Shown in pieces: positions 11,161-23,399 of a stretch of DNA of 37,313 nt. The stretch is from contig JAUCBJ010000130.1 in NCBI GenBank assembly GCA_032718475.1, positions 1 through 37,313 on the forward strand. The letters run 5' to 3'. Position 1 is the first letter of the stretch, and each line of letters starts with the position of its first letter. Below the pieces are notes generated by a model. The model searched no databases. It saw only the letters and a program-made list of their open reading frames with translations, and was not told the origin of the DNA. The translations under genes and the position numbers were made by a program. Source of the stretch: Nemertoderma westbladi. Taxonomy: Eukaryota > Animalia > Xenacoelomorpha.

Positions 11161-12841
11161 ATCTATATTTATTACCCTGATATTTTGTTATTTTTCCGGT
11201 TATTTTAACCCGAGGAACAGGAACTAGCCGAGGCTTTCCTGTTCCGAGGGTTAAAATAACCGGAAAAATAACAAAATATCAGGGTAATAAATGTGTTGTT
11301 ACCAACTAATCTCGGAAAAAATAACCAACTACATCATGTTTATATCAAGAAGCCACTATTAATTTACAATATACCAAACCCATCCAGATACCCTAGATTT
11401 CTAAAAGGGTTTTGTTTGGGGGTAGAAATATAAAAATGGGGCTTGGAAATTTTGGGGGGAGATACTAATTACAAATTAATAAATAACACGAGCGGCCAAG
11501 GCATAAAATAAATAAATAACATGAGTGGGCCTATGCCTAACAATTTTCCCCTGGCGGGTAAACTGGAATAAAGGAAAAAAAAAACAAATAAATATAATAG
11601 ATTAAATAATAAAGTAATATAAAATAAATGATGGAAAATACTAGAATTTATTTCCATTCCACAGTATGTATAGGTAACACGATGATAGTGATGGGAGTTT
11701 ACTCGGGAGAGCTGAGAGCGTTACATCGTGTGGAATTGGGTGAGACACAATGTAGACAGAACCATTCGTGTGAGAATAGGTGAATGTAGGCTTACCATAC
11801 TGTATACGATGTACCAATTTAACTTAAGAATAAACTTACGTATTACAGTATATGAGAAAAAAGTAGAACATTTTGTTTCTCAATATTCTCTCAACCCTTT
11901 ATTAACCTCGCTGAAGCTCGGTAAATAAAATGCCTCGAGAATAATGAAAAAAAGGTTCTAATTTTTTTCCCATGTAATAAATAATTATTTATTCTTAAAT
12001 TGTTACTTTTTCGCCCGAATTTAGACCAAAATCTGGAGAAAACATTCAACTTTTTTTCCTGGTGAAAAAAGTAAAATATAATATTTTTGGTGGAATTTCT
12101 TAAATTGTATTACCGTTGTACCGGTACCGTAGTTCTACAGCATTGTGCATGTGCAGTATGTAAACCTACGTTATTTACAACTGGTAGGTACAAGTCTGTC
12201 TGTCTGGTACGTTCGTCTTTACGGTAGAATCGTAGAAACTGTTGAGAATGGCATTCCTGCCATGATCAGGATGCTGCTGTCCATAATTGTCAAATACCGA
12301 AAGTAAAAGATCTCTGAGTAGGCTGAGTTGAGTGTGCAATCTGAACTTGTAGTGTAGGCCTACCAGTACTGCATTTCCCGTTTAGTTTGCCAGTACCGGT
12401 ACATTAAATTATTGCCCAATATGCTCTGTTCTGTAGGCGTACCGGTCAGGTAGGTTTTGTAGTTGCAAGGCAGTGATGTGATTGAGACCTTAAAGGAAGC
12501 TGTGGTACCACTACCGGTACTGTACGATGCATGCAGTCAGTCTACCTACAATCTGAACTGAAAACATACCATACTGTAGGCCTACGATAGTCTTATTCTT
12601 ATAACTTTCACTTTCACTCATGTTAGTAAAGGTAACCGGTACCGTAAGCTAACTACTGTATTCACAACACGGCAAACAGGCATAAATATAATTTCAACAT
12701 GCAGATTGCAGATACCGGAGTGTTGAAAAATAAATGTGTTATTTTTTCCTAGGACTAAAATAACACTATTTTTAGATAGGTTATCATTGCGATTGTGTTA
12801 TTTTTTCCGGGATTGGTTGGTAACAACTCAATTTATATTTA
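11161..12841. mobile_element. Non-autonomous hairpin/inverted-repeat element (H2), containing a nested similar element (H3, about 11843-12073)
   Basis: Perfect 44-bp inverted arms 11168-11211 / 11248-11291 around GCCGAGGC; second inverted pair 11295-11325 / 12797-12827; near-identical flanks ATCTATATTTA / ATTTATATTTA. Confidence 0.7.
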
Positions 12842-13768
12842 GGTCTAAATTGCTTTTTTCATTGCTCATTTGTAACTGCTTGAAGTAAGTAATAATTGCA
12901 GGATGGAAAGGGAATGAGACCTTGGTGTCATTCCAAATCAATGCATATTTTTATTCAATTTGCTGCTCGTTTACACGATACCAATGAAACGGCGGAAATT
13001 AATTAAAATGCAAATTAAATGCATTCAAAGGAAATATCTTTTGGTGAGTGAATCGTTAGAAAAGTAAAGTTCTAATAATTTCCTCAAAAATTGCTAAGAT
13101 TTGCGATTCGAATTCAACAGGTAACATGTTATTGAACTGTCCAACGAGACTCGCGATAATTGGCTGACCTCCTGTTGGGAAATAAAAACATACAAAACAA
13201 ATTAATGATTTTTTACTCTAAAAAAAATCTTAAAGAGCTTTGAATACAAAGAGGTTATCGAAGTGTACCTAATGTCTGAGGCCTGGAGGTCTGGCATATA
13301 AACTGTTTCATGTCTGTAGCGTTTTAGCCATCAATTTATCATAATTTCGATAAAAGATGTCTGGTGATGATTTTGATTTATATTACAGTATAACGATTAG
13401 TTGTCCAACTCAGAAGAAAGCCCAATTACGTTAATATGATATTCGTTTATTGGGGGATGTTGCGGGAAAATTATAAAAAATATCATCAGACATTCATTTT
13501 GCATGCATGCATAATTTGCATAACTATTGCTGTAATAATATTTCACTTAATTCAGTATGAAACAGAATACATATCATAAACTGTGTCAGAGTAGCCAATA
13601 TGTCATCCATTCAGTTAAACTTTAAATTAAACCGTACTACAGTAAGCACGATGAACTGGAGCTCTGACAATTCGCCCCATAGCGGCAGACAGAGTAGAGT
13701 AACTTTTAACGTCTGTCTGTGTGTAGAATTTCTAAGCTCGTAGGTTACTACTTCCACATTTCAGATGA

Positions 13769-14172
13769 ACTACTACTACTAGGATCGGCATGCTGCATTG
13801 CAGCTGCATTTTTAAGAATGCTGTGCCGGTTTGTTGACAAAATTGCACCGCCACAACTCCCTATCACCCATGACATTTACTTGATCATCCGCATCTTGAA
13901 GGCCACTGTCCTTTTAGATGCGTCTTATGAAAGTCATGGGCTGTCCACCATGCTTATTCACTCCATGAGGCTGCCAAAGTACAAGATTATGCACTGGCTG
14001 GTCCTCACGGCGAAAGCAATGTCCTGCAAAGCGGAGGCGATTTTGTTCTAGTGTCAAGCTTGGGGGAACCAATGAGACACCTCCGATATTATATAGTGTC
14101 CGGTTGGAGATGTGGGCATTGTACTTGACACAATTAACCCGGCGTAGCATTCTTGTGAATGTGCCATCCAGA
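13769..14172 (-). mobile_element. RTE LINE 3' end with (TAG)n tail
   Basis: RLRFAGHCFRREDQPVHNLVLWQP is a typical RTE C-terminal segment; same 3' end as the copies at 17750 and 19306. Confidence 0.88.
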
Positions 14173-14282
14173 CTCCTACTTTTACGTTTCTGTCAATTCG
14201 CCCCCTGGCGGCAGACTGAGTAACTATTAAAGTCTGTCTGGGGATTGAATTTCTAAACTTTTGATAGACTACAAGTGGTGTT

Positions 14283-14375
14283 CGGACACTTCCCCCCCGG
14301 ACACTTCCCCCCCCGGACAGTTCCCCCCCGGACACTACCCCCCAGACACTCCCCCCCGCGGACACTTCCCCCCCG
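14283..14375. repeat. GGACACTTCCCCCCC x6, probable DNA-transposon subterminal repeats
   Basis: Six about 15-bp units with C6-C8 runs; no matching opposite terminus recognised. Confidence 0.7.
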
Positions 14376-15011
14376 ACTGATCTTAACTTCGCACATTCGT
14401 ATTTTTCATTTTGTAAGGTAAAGGGACCGTTTTTATCCAGATAAGTTGTATCCAATTTTTCTTTCGTAGCTCAGAAAGTGATCTTTTGCATCCCGATTTT
14501 ACATTTTATATCCAAGTTTTATTTATGGGTTTTATCAATGCAATTACATCGTATTGTTTGCTAATCTTTAAACAATTAATTATATTAGATGACCTATAAA
14601 TTCCATCCCCGGAATGATATACTGTTTTTATTAACTATAGAATTATAATAATTAATTGTTTTAATTATAGGTATTATTATGTAATTGTCTTCTTCAAATT
14701 GTAGCAGATGGGGATGAATATAATTGTTGCAATCAAAATTATACCTCTCCAGGGTAAAATCGACATGCGTCGACCTGTATTCTGTGTTCAGCATTACATA
14801 TTGATATACATATTACTACTATACATACTATATAGATATTATACACACTACATATTAAATTTCCTGGTTACTTGCAATATTTTTAATAGGATTTTGTTGA
14901 ATTATATAATATTGTAGTAATTTATATATTAAATTGGTTAACATTCAATACAGCTCTATGGTGGCCGACTGCTGCCACATAAACCATCAATGTCTAATAA
15001 AAATAATCGGT

Positions 15012-15272
15012 TAAAAAATCAATAAAAAAATTCAATAAAAAAAATTTCAATAAAAAATTTCAATAAAAAATTTCAATAAAAAATTTCAATAAAAAATTAA
15101 ATAAAAAAAATTTCAATAAAAAAAATTAAAAAAAAATTCAATAAAAAAAAATTCAATAAAAAAATTCAATAAAAAAAATTTCAATAAAAAAAATTAAAAA
15201 AAAATTCAATAAAAAAAAATTCAATAAAAAAAAATTCAATAAAAAATTCAATAAAAAAATTCAATAAAAAAA
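15012..15272. repeat. A-rich degenerate repeat (AAAAAAATTCAAT)n
   Basis: Directly visible. Confidence 0.95.
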
Positions 15273-16386
15273 TATGTTAAATTTTTTTCTTAAACTACCG
15301 TGGCCTACAGCTGCCAGGTATTCATTTAATACTAACCACTGCAGTTATATTATACTGTATAGGTGGCAGTACTCGGCCACATACTCGGTCATAGTGCAAT
15401 ACCATGCAGTACACTGTCACCTGTCCGGGTATATCTTTTGCGTAGAGGTATAGCCTACATAGAGGCTTCATGTAGGTATGTGTAGCCTACATGTAGATGC
15501 ACGTGTAGGGTGAATGTAGGTAGGTGTAGTCCCATAGATATTAATGTAATTTATGTGTCAACTTGCAGTAACGTGATACACGGTCGTCAATCAGGATGTA
15601 TGGCAATAATCTCTGATCTCCACGGTACAATACGGTACATCAACCTGCAGACCTGTCTGCTGTCAGACAACAGGTTTTACTGCATACTGCAGTACTGTAT
15701 AAATATCAAACATCGCGTTCTGATTATACTAAAGTCCCTTACTCGTCATAAATATTATGCCCTAATAAATTTGAGTATGCTAACGCCACGAAAGGCATCG
15801 TTCCATTAGATTAACTCGTTCTGATTTATATGTTTATTGAGTAAGAGTAACCTAAACAAGAACAGCCATCATCGCGGGGACTATAGTCTACCAGAAACCC
15901 TGACCCCCCTCTGCCCCTCTTTATCTGTTTATCAACCATACATCCATGGGACTTGAACAGTACTTCAGCATTGAAATGTTTTGGACGTTTTGTTTTGAAA
16001 GTAAAAATATAGAAGTCTGGAAGTTTTGTTTGTTTTAATTTTTCAGGCAGTCACAATCCACCAACCAGCAACAGTCCCATCCCTTCCCACTATCCCGCGG
16101 ACCACCACACTGTTTCATTATAAAGTATTCCCATCTCGATGATGGGAATTAATCAGTAATCCGATGGGATTCAAATCCCATCTCGAAGTAACAGCAAAAC
16201 AATAACACGAAAGTCAATAGCTTTACAGTTATATTTGATTGCATTGAAAGTTAATAGAAAGAAGAAGTTAAATTGCATATCCATTAAAATATCATGAAAT
16301 TGATACGGCAGTTTAGTAGATTAAAACGGCCACAGCAAGATTTATAAAATGAAAAATAAGTAAAATCAGCACAGCACACAATATTA

Positions 16387-16427
<41 letters not shown>

Positions 16428-16488
16428 CTACTTTAGGCTTAGTCAATTTATTATCTGATGATACAAACATGAATTAATTATTTCAAAG

Positions 16489-17390
<902 letters not shown>

Positions 17391-17749
17391 CAAACAAACT
17401 AATAAATAGCTGCAGGAACTCGAGCAGAGCTCCAGTGATAATACTTAGGCCTACTTTATTTAGTTGTCATAATCTAAGAGTAGGTTATATTATAGATTAA
17501 ATATATCTGGACTAATTAGTCATCTGTAGCTGTAGGAGATAATTGTATGACACACAGCTGTGTAGCTAGTTGCATAACTGTTGATATTATGTAAAAACAA
17601 TGAGAAGTACACATATTGACATATTAATATATAAGCTATAGTAAACTAATTAGTTGTTTTCTTATCTTGTGAGAAAAGCTCAAAAAAACTGTATAAAAAA
17701 TGTGTGATTTACAAATGACTCAAATCGACAGATATTGTTATTGTTATTA

Positions 17750-17920
17750 CAGCCCATGACTTTCTTGAGACGCATCTTAAAGGACACTGGCCTTGAAGAT
17801 GCGGATGATCTAGCAAATGTCATGGGTGATAGGGAGTTGTGGCGGTGCAATTTTGTCGATAAGCCGGCACAGCATTCTTAAAAATGCAGCTGCAATGCAG
17901 CATGCCGATCCTAGCAGTAG
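17750..17920 (+). mobile_element. 5'-truncated RTE LINE 3' end
   Basis: Reverse-complement match to the 3' part of 13769-14172; flanked by TTATTG-type repeats. Confidence 0.85.
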
Positions 17921-18514
17921 TTATTGTTATTATTATTGTTACTTACTTCTGATTTATATGTTTATTGAGTAAGAGTAACCTAAACAAGAACAGCCATCAT
18001 CGCGGGGACTATAGTCTACCAGAAACCCTGACCCCCCTCTGCCCCTCTTTATCTGTTTATCAACCATACATCCATGGGACTTGAACAGTACTTCAGCATT
18101 GAAATGTTTTGGACGTTTTGTTTTGAAAGTAAAAATATAGAAGTCTGGAAGTTTTGTTTGTTTTAATTTTTCAGGCAGTCACAATCCACCAACCAGCAAC
18201 AGTCCCATCCCTTCCCACTATCCCGCGGACCACCACACTGTTTCATTATAAAGTATTCCCATCTCGATGATGGGAATTAATCAGTAATCCGATGGGATTC
18301 AAATCCCATCTCGAAGTAACAGCAAAACAATAACACGAAAGTCAATAGCTTTACAGTTATATTTGATTGCATTGAAAGTTAATAGAAAGAAGAAGTTAAA
18401 TTGCATATCCATTAAAATATCATGAAATTGATACGGCAGTTTAGTAGATTAAAACGGCCACAGCAAGATTTATGAAATGAAAAATAAGTAAAATCAGCAC
18501 AGCACACAATATTA

Positions 18515-18551
<37 letters not shown>

Positions 18552-18612
18552 CTACTTTAGGCTTAGTCAATTTATTATCTGATGATACAAACATGAATTA
18601 ATTATTTCAAAG

Positions 18613-18946
<334 letters not shown>

Positions 18947-19305
18947 CAAACAAACTAATAAATAGCTGCAGGAACTCGAGCAGAGCTCCAGTGATAATAC
19001 TTAGGCCTACTTTATTTAGTTGTCATAATCTAAGAGTAGGTTATATTATAGATTAAATATATCTGGACTAATTAGTCATCTGTAGCTGTAGGAGATAATT
19101 GTATGACACACAGCTGTGTAGCTAGTTGCATAACTGTTGATATTATGTAAAAACAATGAGAAGTACACATATTGACATATTAATATATAAGCTATAGTAA
19201 ACTAATTAGTTGTTTTCTTATCTTGTGAGAAAAGCTCAAAAAAACTGTATAAAAAATGTGTGATTTACAAATGACTCAAATCGACAGATATTGTTATTGT
19301 TATTA

Positions 19306-19476
19306 CAGCCCATGACTTTCTTGAGACGCATCTTAAAGGACACTGGCCTTGAAGATGCGGATGATCTAGCAAATGTCATGGGTGATAGGGAGTTGTGGCG
19401 GTGCAATTTTGTCGATAAGCCGGCACAGCATTCTTAAAAATGCAGCTGCAATGCAGCATGCCGATCCTAGCAGTAG
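19306..19476 (+). mobile_element. 5'-truncated RTE LINE 3' end (duplicate copy)
   Basis: Same sequence as 17750-17920. Confidence 0.85.
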
Positions 19477-19497
19477 TTATTGTTATTATTATTGTTA

Positions 19498-20152
19498 CTA
19501 GAAAAGCCAGCAAGCTGGCTAAGAAGACCGCCCATAGACTAACGTAGTGTAGCTGGTTCCCTCCCCATTGAACAGCTTTGCTTACATTCTGAGAGAAAGT
19601 AATTCCAGCCCCTACATGTCGTTATTATTAACCTATAAAACATTTGAACGGTTCAGTACTTAAAATTCAATCAGCTGGCCTCCCACCTAACATATAGCAG
19701 TGAGTAACATTTTCCCATAGGATTCACTGAGAAGAGCTATTCAGCTGACGGAATAATACATTATAAACTAACAGTTGATGTTTTCTTACTCTCTGGGATA
19801 GAGTGAGATAGTAATAAACACAACCTTAGTGAAACTTGGCAAATAATATAATCTTCCTCTCTGCAGTTTGGGCCTACCCATTCAATAGTAGAAGCATTAC
19901 TAGGCACTCATAAGCACCAACTGATGTTTCTATCATTGAGTCTATGGCAATTTTCGTGTTATGGAGCTATTTTTGAAATAAAAAAAAGACACTAATAATT
20001 TTTTTCTAAAATTTTTTTTCTACATCCTGAGGTTGAGCTGCGTCGTTTGATATAATTTTAATTGCCGGACAAGCTATAACTTCGGAGGAGTTCACCCGAT
20101 ATGCATACATAGATATATAGATAGATAGATAGTGAATACTTTTACAGTAAGA
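19498..20152 (-). mobile_element. Non-autonomous Helitron
   Basis: Minus strand begins TCTTACTGTAAAAG followed by (CTAT)n and ends with hairpin AGCCAGCTTGCTGGCT then TTTCTAG|T. Confidence 0.7.
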
Positions 20153-20330
20153 AGTCCTAACGGTCTTCTAATAAAGCTATAACTGTTATTTAACATTTCG
20201 AGTAGAATATTAGAAGGCAAATAAAATAAAATTGTTGAGTGTGTCGAAGATCGATAAATTGCCCATCATCCCATCAGGTCATCATTATCACCTCTTCTAA
20301 GTTAATCTCTGATTATCGCCTACATCTGTG

Positions 20331-20388
20331 TCAGTCATTATTTCCTTTCTTGGCTTCGTGGCGATTTTTTCTCAATTCGTCAAATTTT
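20331..20388 (-). CDS. Probable terminal coding exon of the SLC22 transporter
   Basis: Acceptor TGTGTTTAG|A is phase-compatible with the AA| donor; encodes hydrophilic (K)KFDELRKNRHEAKKGNND-stop. No conserved motif confirms it. Confidence 0.45.
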
Positions 20389-21300
20389 CTAAACACAATA
20401 ATTATTAGCGTGAACTCTACTATACTATCGTAAATGAATTATTAATCGTAATATTAATTCATTAATTGTGCAAAATTGCTCTAGTTTGATTCAATATCGA
20501 TTCATATAAGCAAATTTTTGAAATTCCATAAAAAATATTACACTTTTTTACTATTTAAAAATTTAATAATATAATAGTTTAATTTCCTTAATTTTCATCA
20601 CTAGAAGGTAAATTTAATTAAATAAAAATGATATACAATATTTAACAATGTATTATAAAAGTAAATAACTCTCCATCCGTCCACCATGGTTTAATAACTA
20701 ATTTAATTACTCACTTTGTTCCAAATTCCCACCTTTCCCCCATGTATAAAACCCTTTCCACCCTACCGTACACATTTGCATACATTACTTTATGATTGCT
20801 CTAACAACATCAATTATTCTTAGAATCATCTAATTATACTTTACGTAGCAACTTGCATCCTTAATCTATTGTTCTTATCAAAATGATACTGGTTTAGCCC
20901 CGTTCACATCCAACGGTGCGTGAGCGGTAAAGTAGTCTGGCGTTATTGAAGCGGTAAGCCAGCGGTACACTACCCGAAGTCAGTATTTAAGCCCCTATAA
21001 TCTGTGAAAGATCCTTTGTCTGGGAAGGGCGCCAATTGGCCATCAGGCCTTGAATACAGTATAGTACAAGTACAAGTGCAATACAGTACAAAATACAGAG
21101 CTAATATTGATATAGGAAAAAAATAATTATTAACATGTATATATATGGAATGTCCAGTCCAATCACATATTATTACTGCATACATTTTTAACGCTTATCT
21201 GACTTTGTGGTGACTTTCCAAAGTAGGTGTATACACAATTGTATCTGCGTCGCGTCGCCCACTTAGTCACGTGTCATATGGATGAGTTCAACACCTAATG

Positions 21301-22110
21301 CCATGGTTTAATAACTAATTTAATTACTCACTTTGTTCCAAATGCCTCCCCTTCATTCCACCATGGTTTAATAACTAATTTAATTACTCACTTTGTTCCA
21401 AATGCCTCCCCTTCCTTCCACCATGGTTTAATAACTAATTTAATTACTCACTTTGTTCCAAATGCCTTCCCTTCCTCCATGGTTTAATAACTAATTTAAT
21501 TACTCACTTTGTTCCAAATGCCTCCCCTTCCACCATGGTTTAATAACTAATTTAATTACTCAGTTTGTTCCAAATGCCTCCCCTTCCTTCCACCATGGTT
21601 TAATAACTAATTTAATTACTCACTTTGTTCCAAATGCCTCCCCTTCTTCCACCATGGTTTAATAACTAATTTAATTACTCACTTTGTTCCAAATGCCTCC
21701 CCTTCCTCCATGGTTTATAATAACTAATTTAATTACTCACTTTGTTCCAAATGCCTCCCCTTCTTCAATTGTTTAATAACTAATTTAATTACTCACTTTG
21801 TTCCAAATGCCTCCCCTTCCTCCATGGTTTAATAACTAATTTAATTACTCACTTTGTTCCAAATGCCTCCCCTTCTTCCATTGTTTAATAACTAATTTAA
21901 TTACTCACTTTGTTCCAAATGCCTCCCCTTCCTCCATGGTTTAATAACTAATTTAATTACTCACTTTGTTCCAAATGCCTCCCCTTCTTCCATGGTTTAA
22001 TAACTAATTTAATTACTCACTTTGTTCCAAATGGCTCCCCTTCCTCCATGGTTTAATAACTAATTTAATTACTCACTTTGTTCCAAATGCCTCTCCTTCC
22101 TCCATGGTTT
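21301..22110 (-). repeat. About 56-60 bp minisatellite derived from the SLC22 exon end plus splice donor (14 units including the genuine junction)
   Basis: Minus-strand unit CCATGGAGGAAGGGGAGGCATTTGGAACAAA|GTGAGTAATTAAATTAGTTATTAAA; one more isolated copy at about 20682-20743. Confidence 0.95.
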
Positions 22111-22292
22111 CCGGTAGTGGTTTGTCTTTAGTTTCCGGTAGTATTATCCCAGCAGACAGACCCGCCAGTATTGCTAACGATCCCATTACGATAAATGGCA
22201 GGGGGTACCAAACGTCTTTGAGTAGAAATATGTAGGGATTTATGATGCCTCCGATTCTGGCACACATGGAGTTGGTTCCAATCCCCAATGAT
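22077..22292 (-). CDS. SLC22-family transporter, exon with last TM helices and PET motif
   Basis: Acceptor TTTAACAG|A completes the Arg codon of PTVIR. SLGIGTNSMCARIGGIINPYI...LPETKDKPLPETMEEGEAFGT contains the family LPETKxxxLPET motif. Donor AA|GTGAGT; read-through gives GTK-stop. Confidence 0.92.
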
Positions 22293-22399
22293 CTGTTAAA
22301 ATTTAAAATTTTAATGATCTTTATTTCATTTAACAAACTCAATGCATTGAAAGTGAACGCAAAAGTGGTAGACAGTCAGACAGCACCCAGGCGCCATAT

Positions 22400-23340
22400 T
22401 ATTATAACATCATCACACTCATACCTTCCTGTACAGTGTATACCAATACCGGTAAGAAGATGGCAGCTACATAAAGACAAACTAAGCTGCCCTGTATCAA
22501 CTAAATGATTAAGACATAAACACATATATAGAGTATGTGGCATGATCTTTTTCTTTTTCAACATCACCCCTTGGCTAAGATAAGTTGAGTTATGTGATAT
22601 AATATAACATATAGAAAACAACATAACATATAGAAAATAATGTACACCCAATGGCGTATAAAGGTTACTATTGTTTATATTAGTTAATAGTTCACAGATG
22701 AGATAAACACTGATCATGGGTTTCAGGAACATGAAGAGATCGCCTTAGACCTTCACAATCTTCACTACCATTAGAAACCACCCCACTAATTACTGGGTAG
22801 CTTAGTATTGGTTTGATTATAGTCATCAACAGTAATTGGTATTGGTATAGCAGCCATATCAGATTGGGTATCATACCAGAATGGAGAACTGAGGTTGCGA
22901 TTAAGGTACACATTGAGTGTTTGAGATAGCGATAGTGTGTGTGTGTGTGTGGGTGTACACATTGAGTGAGTGTTATAGTAGTGTATATGCCTCCATGTCC
23001 GTCCATGGCATATCACCTGATTTGATATAAACCAAGTCACCAACATTATTTATAAGTGGCTGAGAAGCATTTGGACTGCTAAAGGCCTTTGCAATATTGC
23101 TGCTGTATCTATGATTCCTAAGACAGTCTTCATGTTTAAGGTTATAGTAAATTTGGTGGCAGAGAATATGAATGGTATTGTGAGCTACCAGCACTCACTT
23201 CATTAATCTTTTCACTTATTTTGATGGCATAGAATGCTCTTTCGAACACATTAAGTTAATTGGGCGCACATATTTGACATGATTGTTTATAACATTCCGA
23301 GTGTAAATCGCTAGGCAAATTGAAGAATGGTATATGCTGC
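22400..23340 (-). mobile_element. Possible highly decayed LTR-retrotransposon 3' region
   Basis: VGDLVYIKS and LRRS resemble integrase C-terminal tails; purine-rich AAGGGGTGA is followed by TGTTG at 22563. Weak evidence, boundaries uncertain. Confidence 0.35.
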
Positions 23341-23399
23341 ACCTCAAATAAAATAATAACAAAATTAACAAAAAATTAACAAAATAATTTAATTTACCA

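Noticed and set aside
16046-16130. Strong TTTTTCAG acceptor as GluN1 exon 3
   Set aside because: Downstream translations (e.g. AVTIHQPATVPSLP..) do not resemble GluN1; a cryptic exon cannot be excluded.
20895-20995. Possible PIF/Harbinger terminus (TTA-GCCCCGTTCACA)
   Set aside because: No matching opposite end was found, so there is too little support to call.
21301-22110. Repeat with a variable segment resembling CRISPR repeat-spacer structure
   Set aside because: The variable part is only small indel variants of the same exon-derived sequence.
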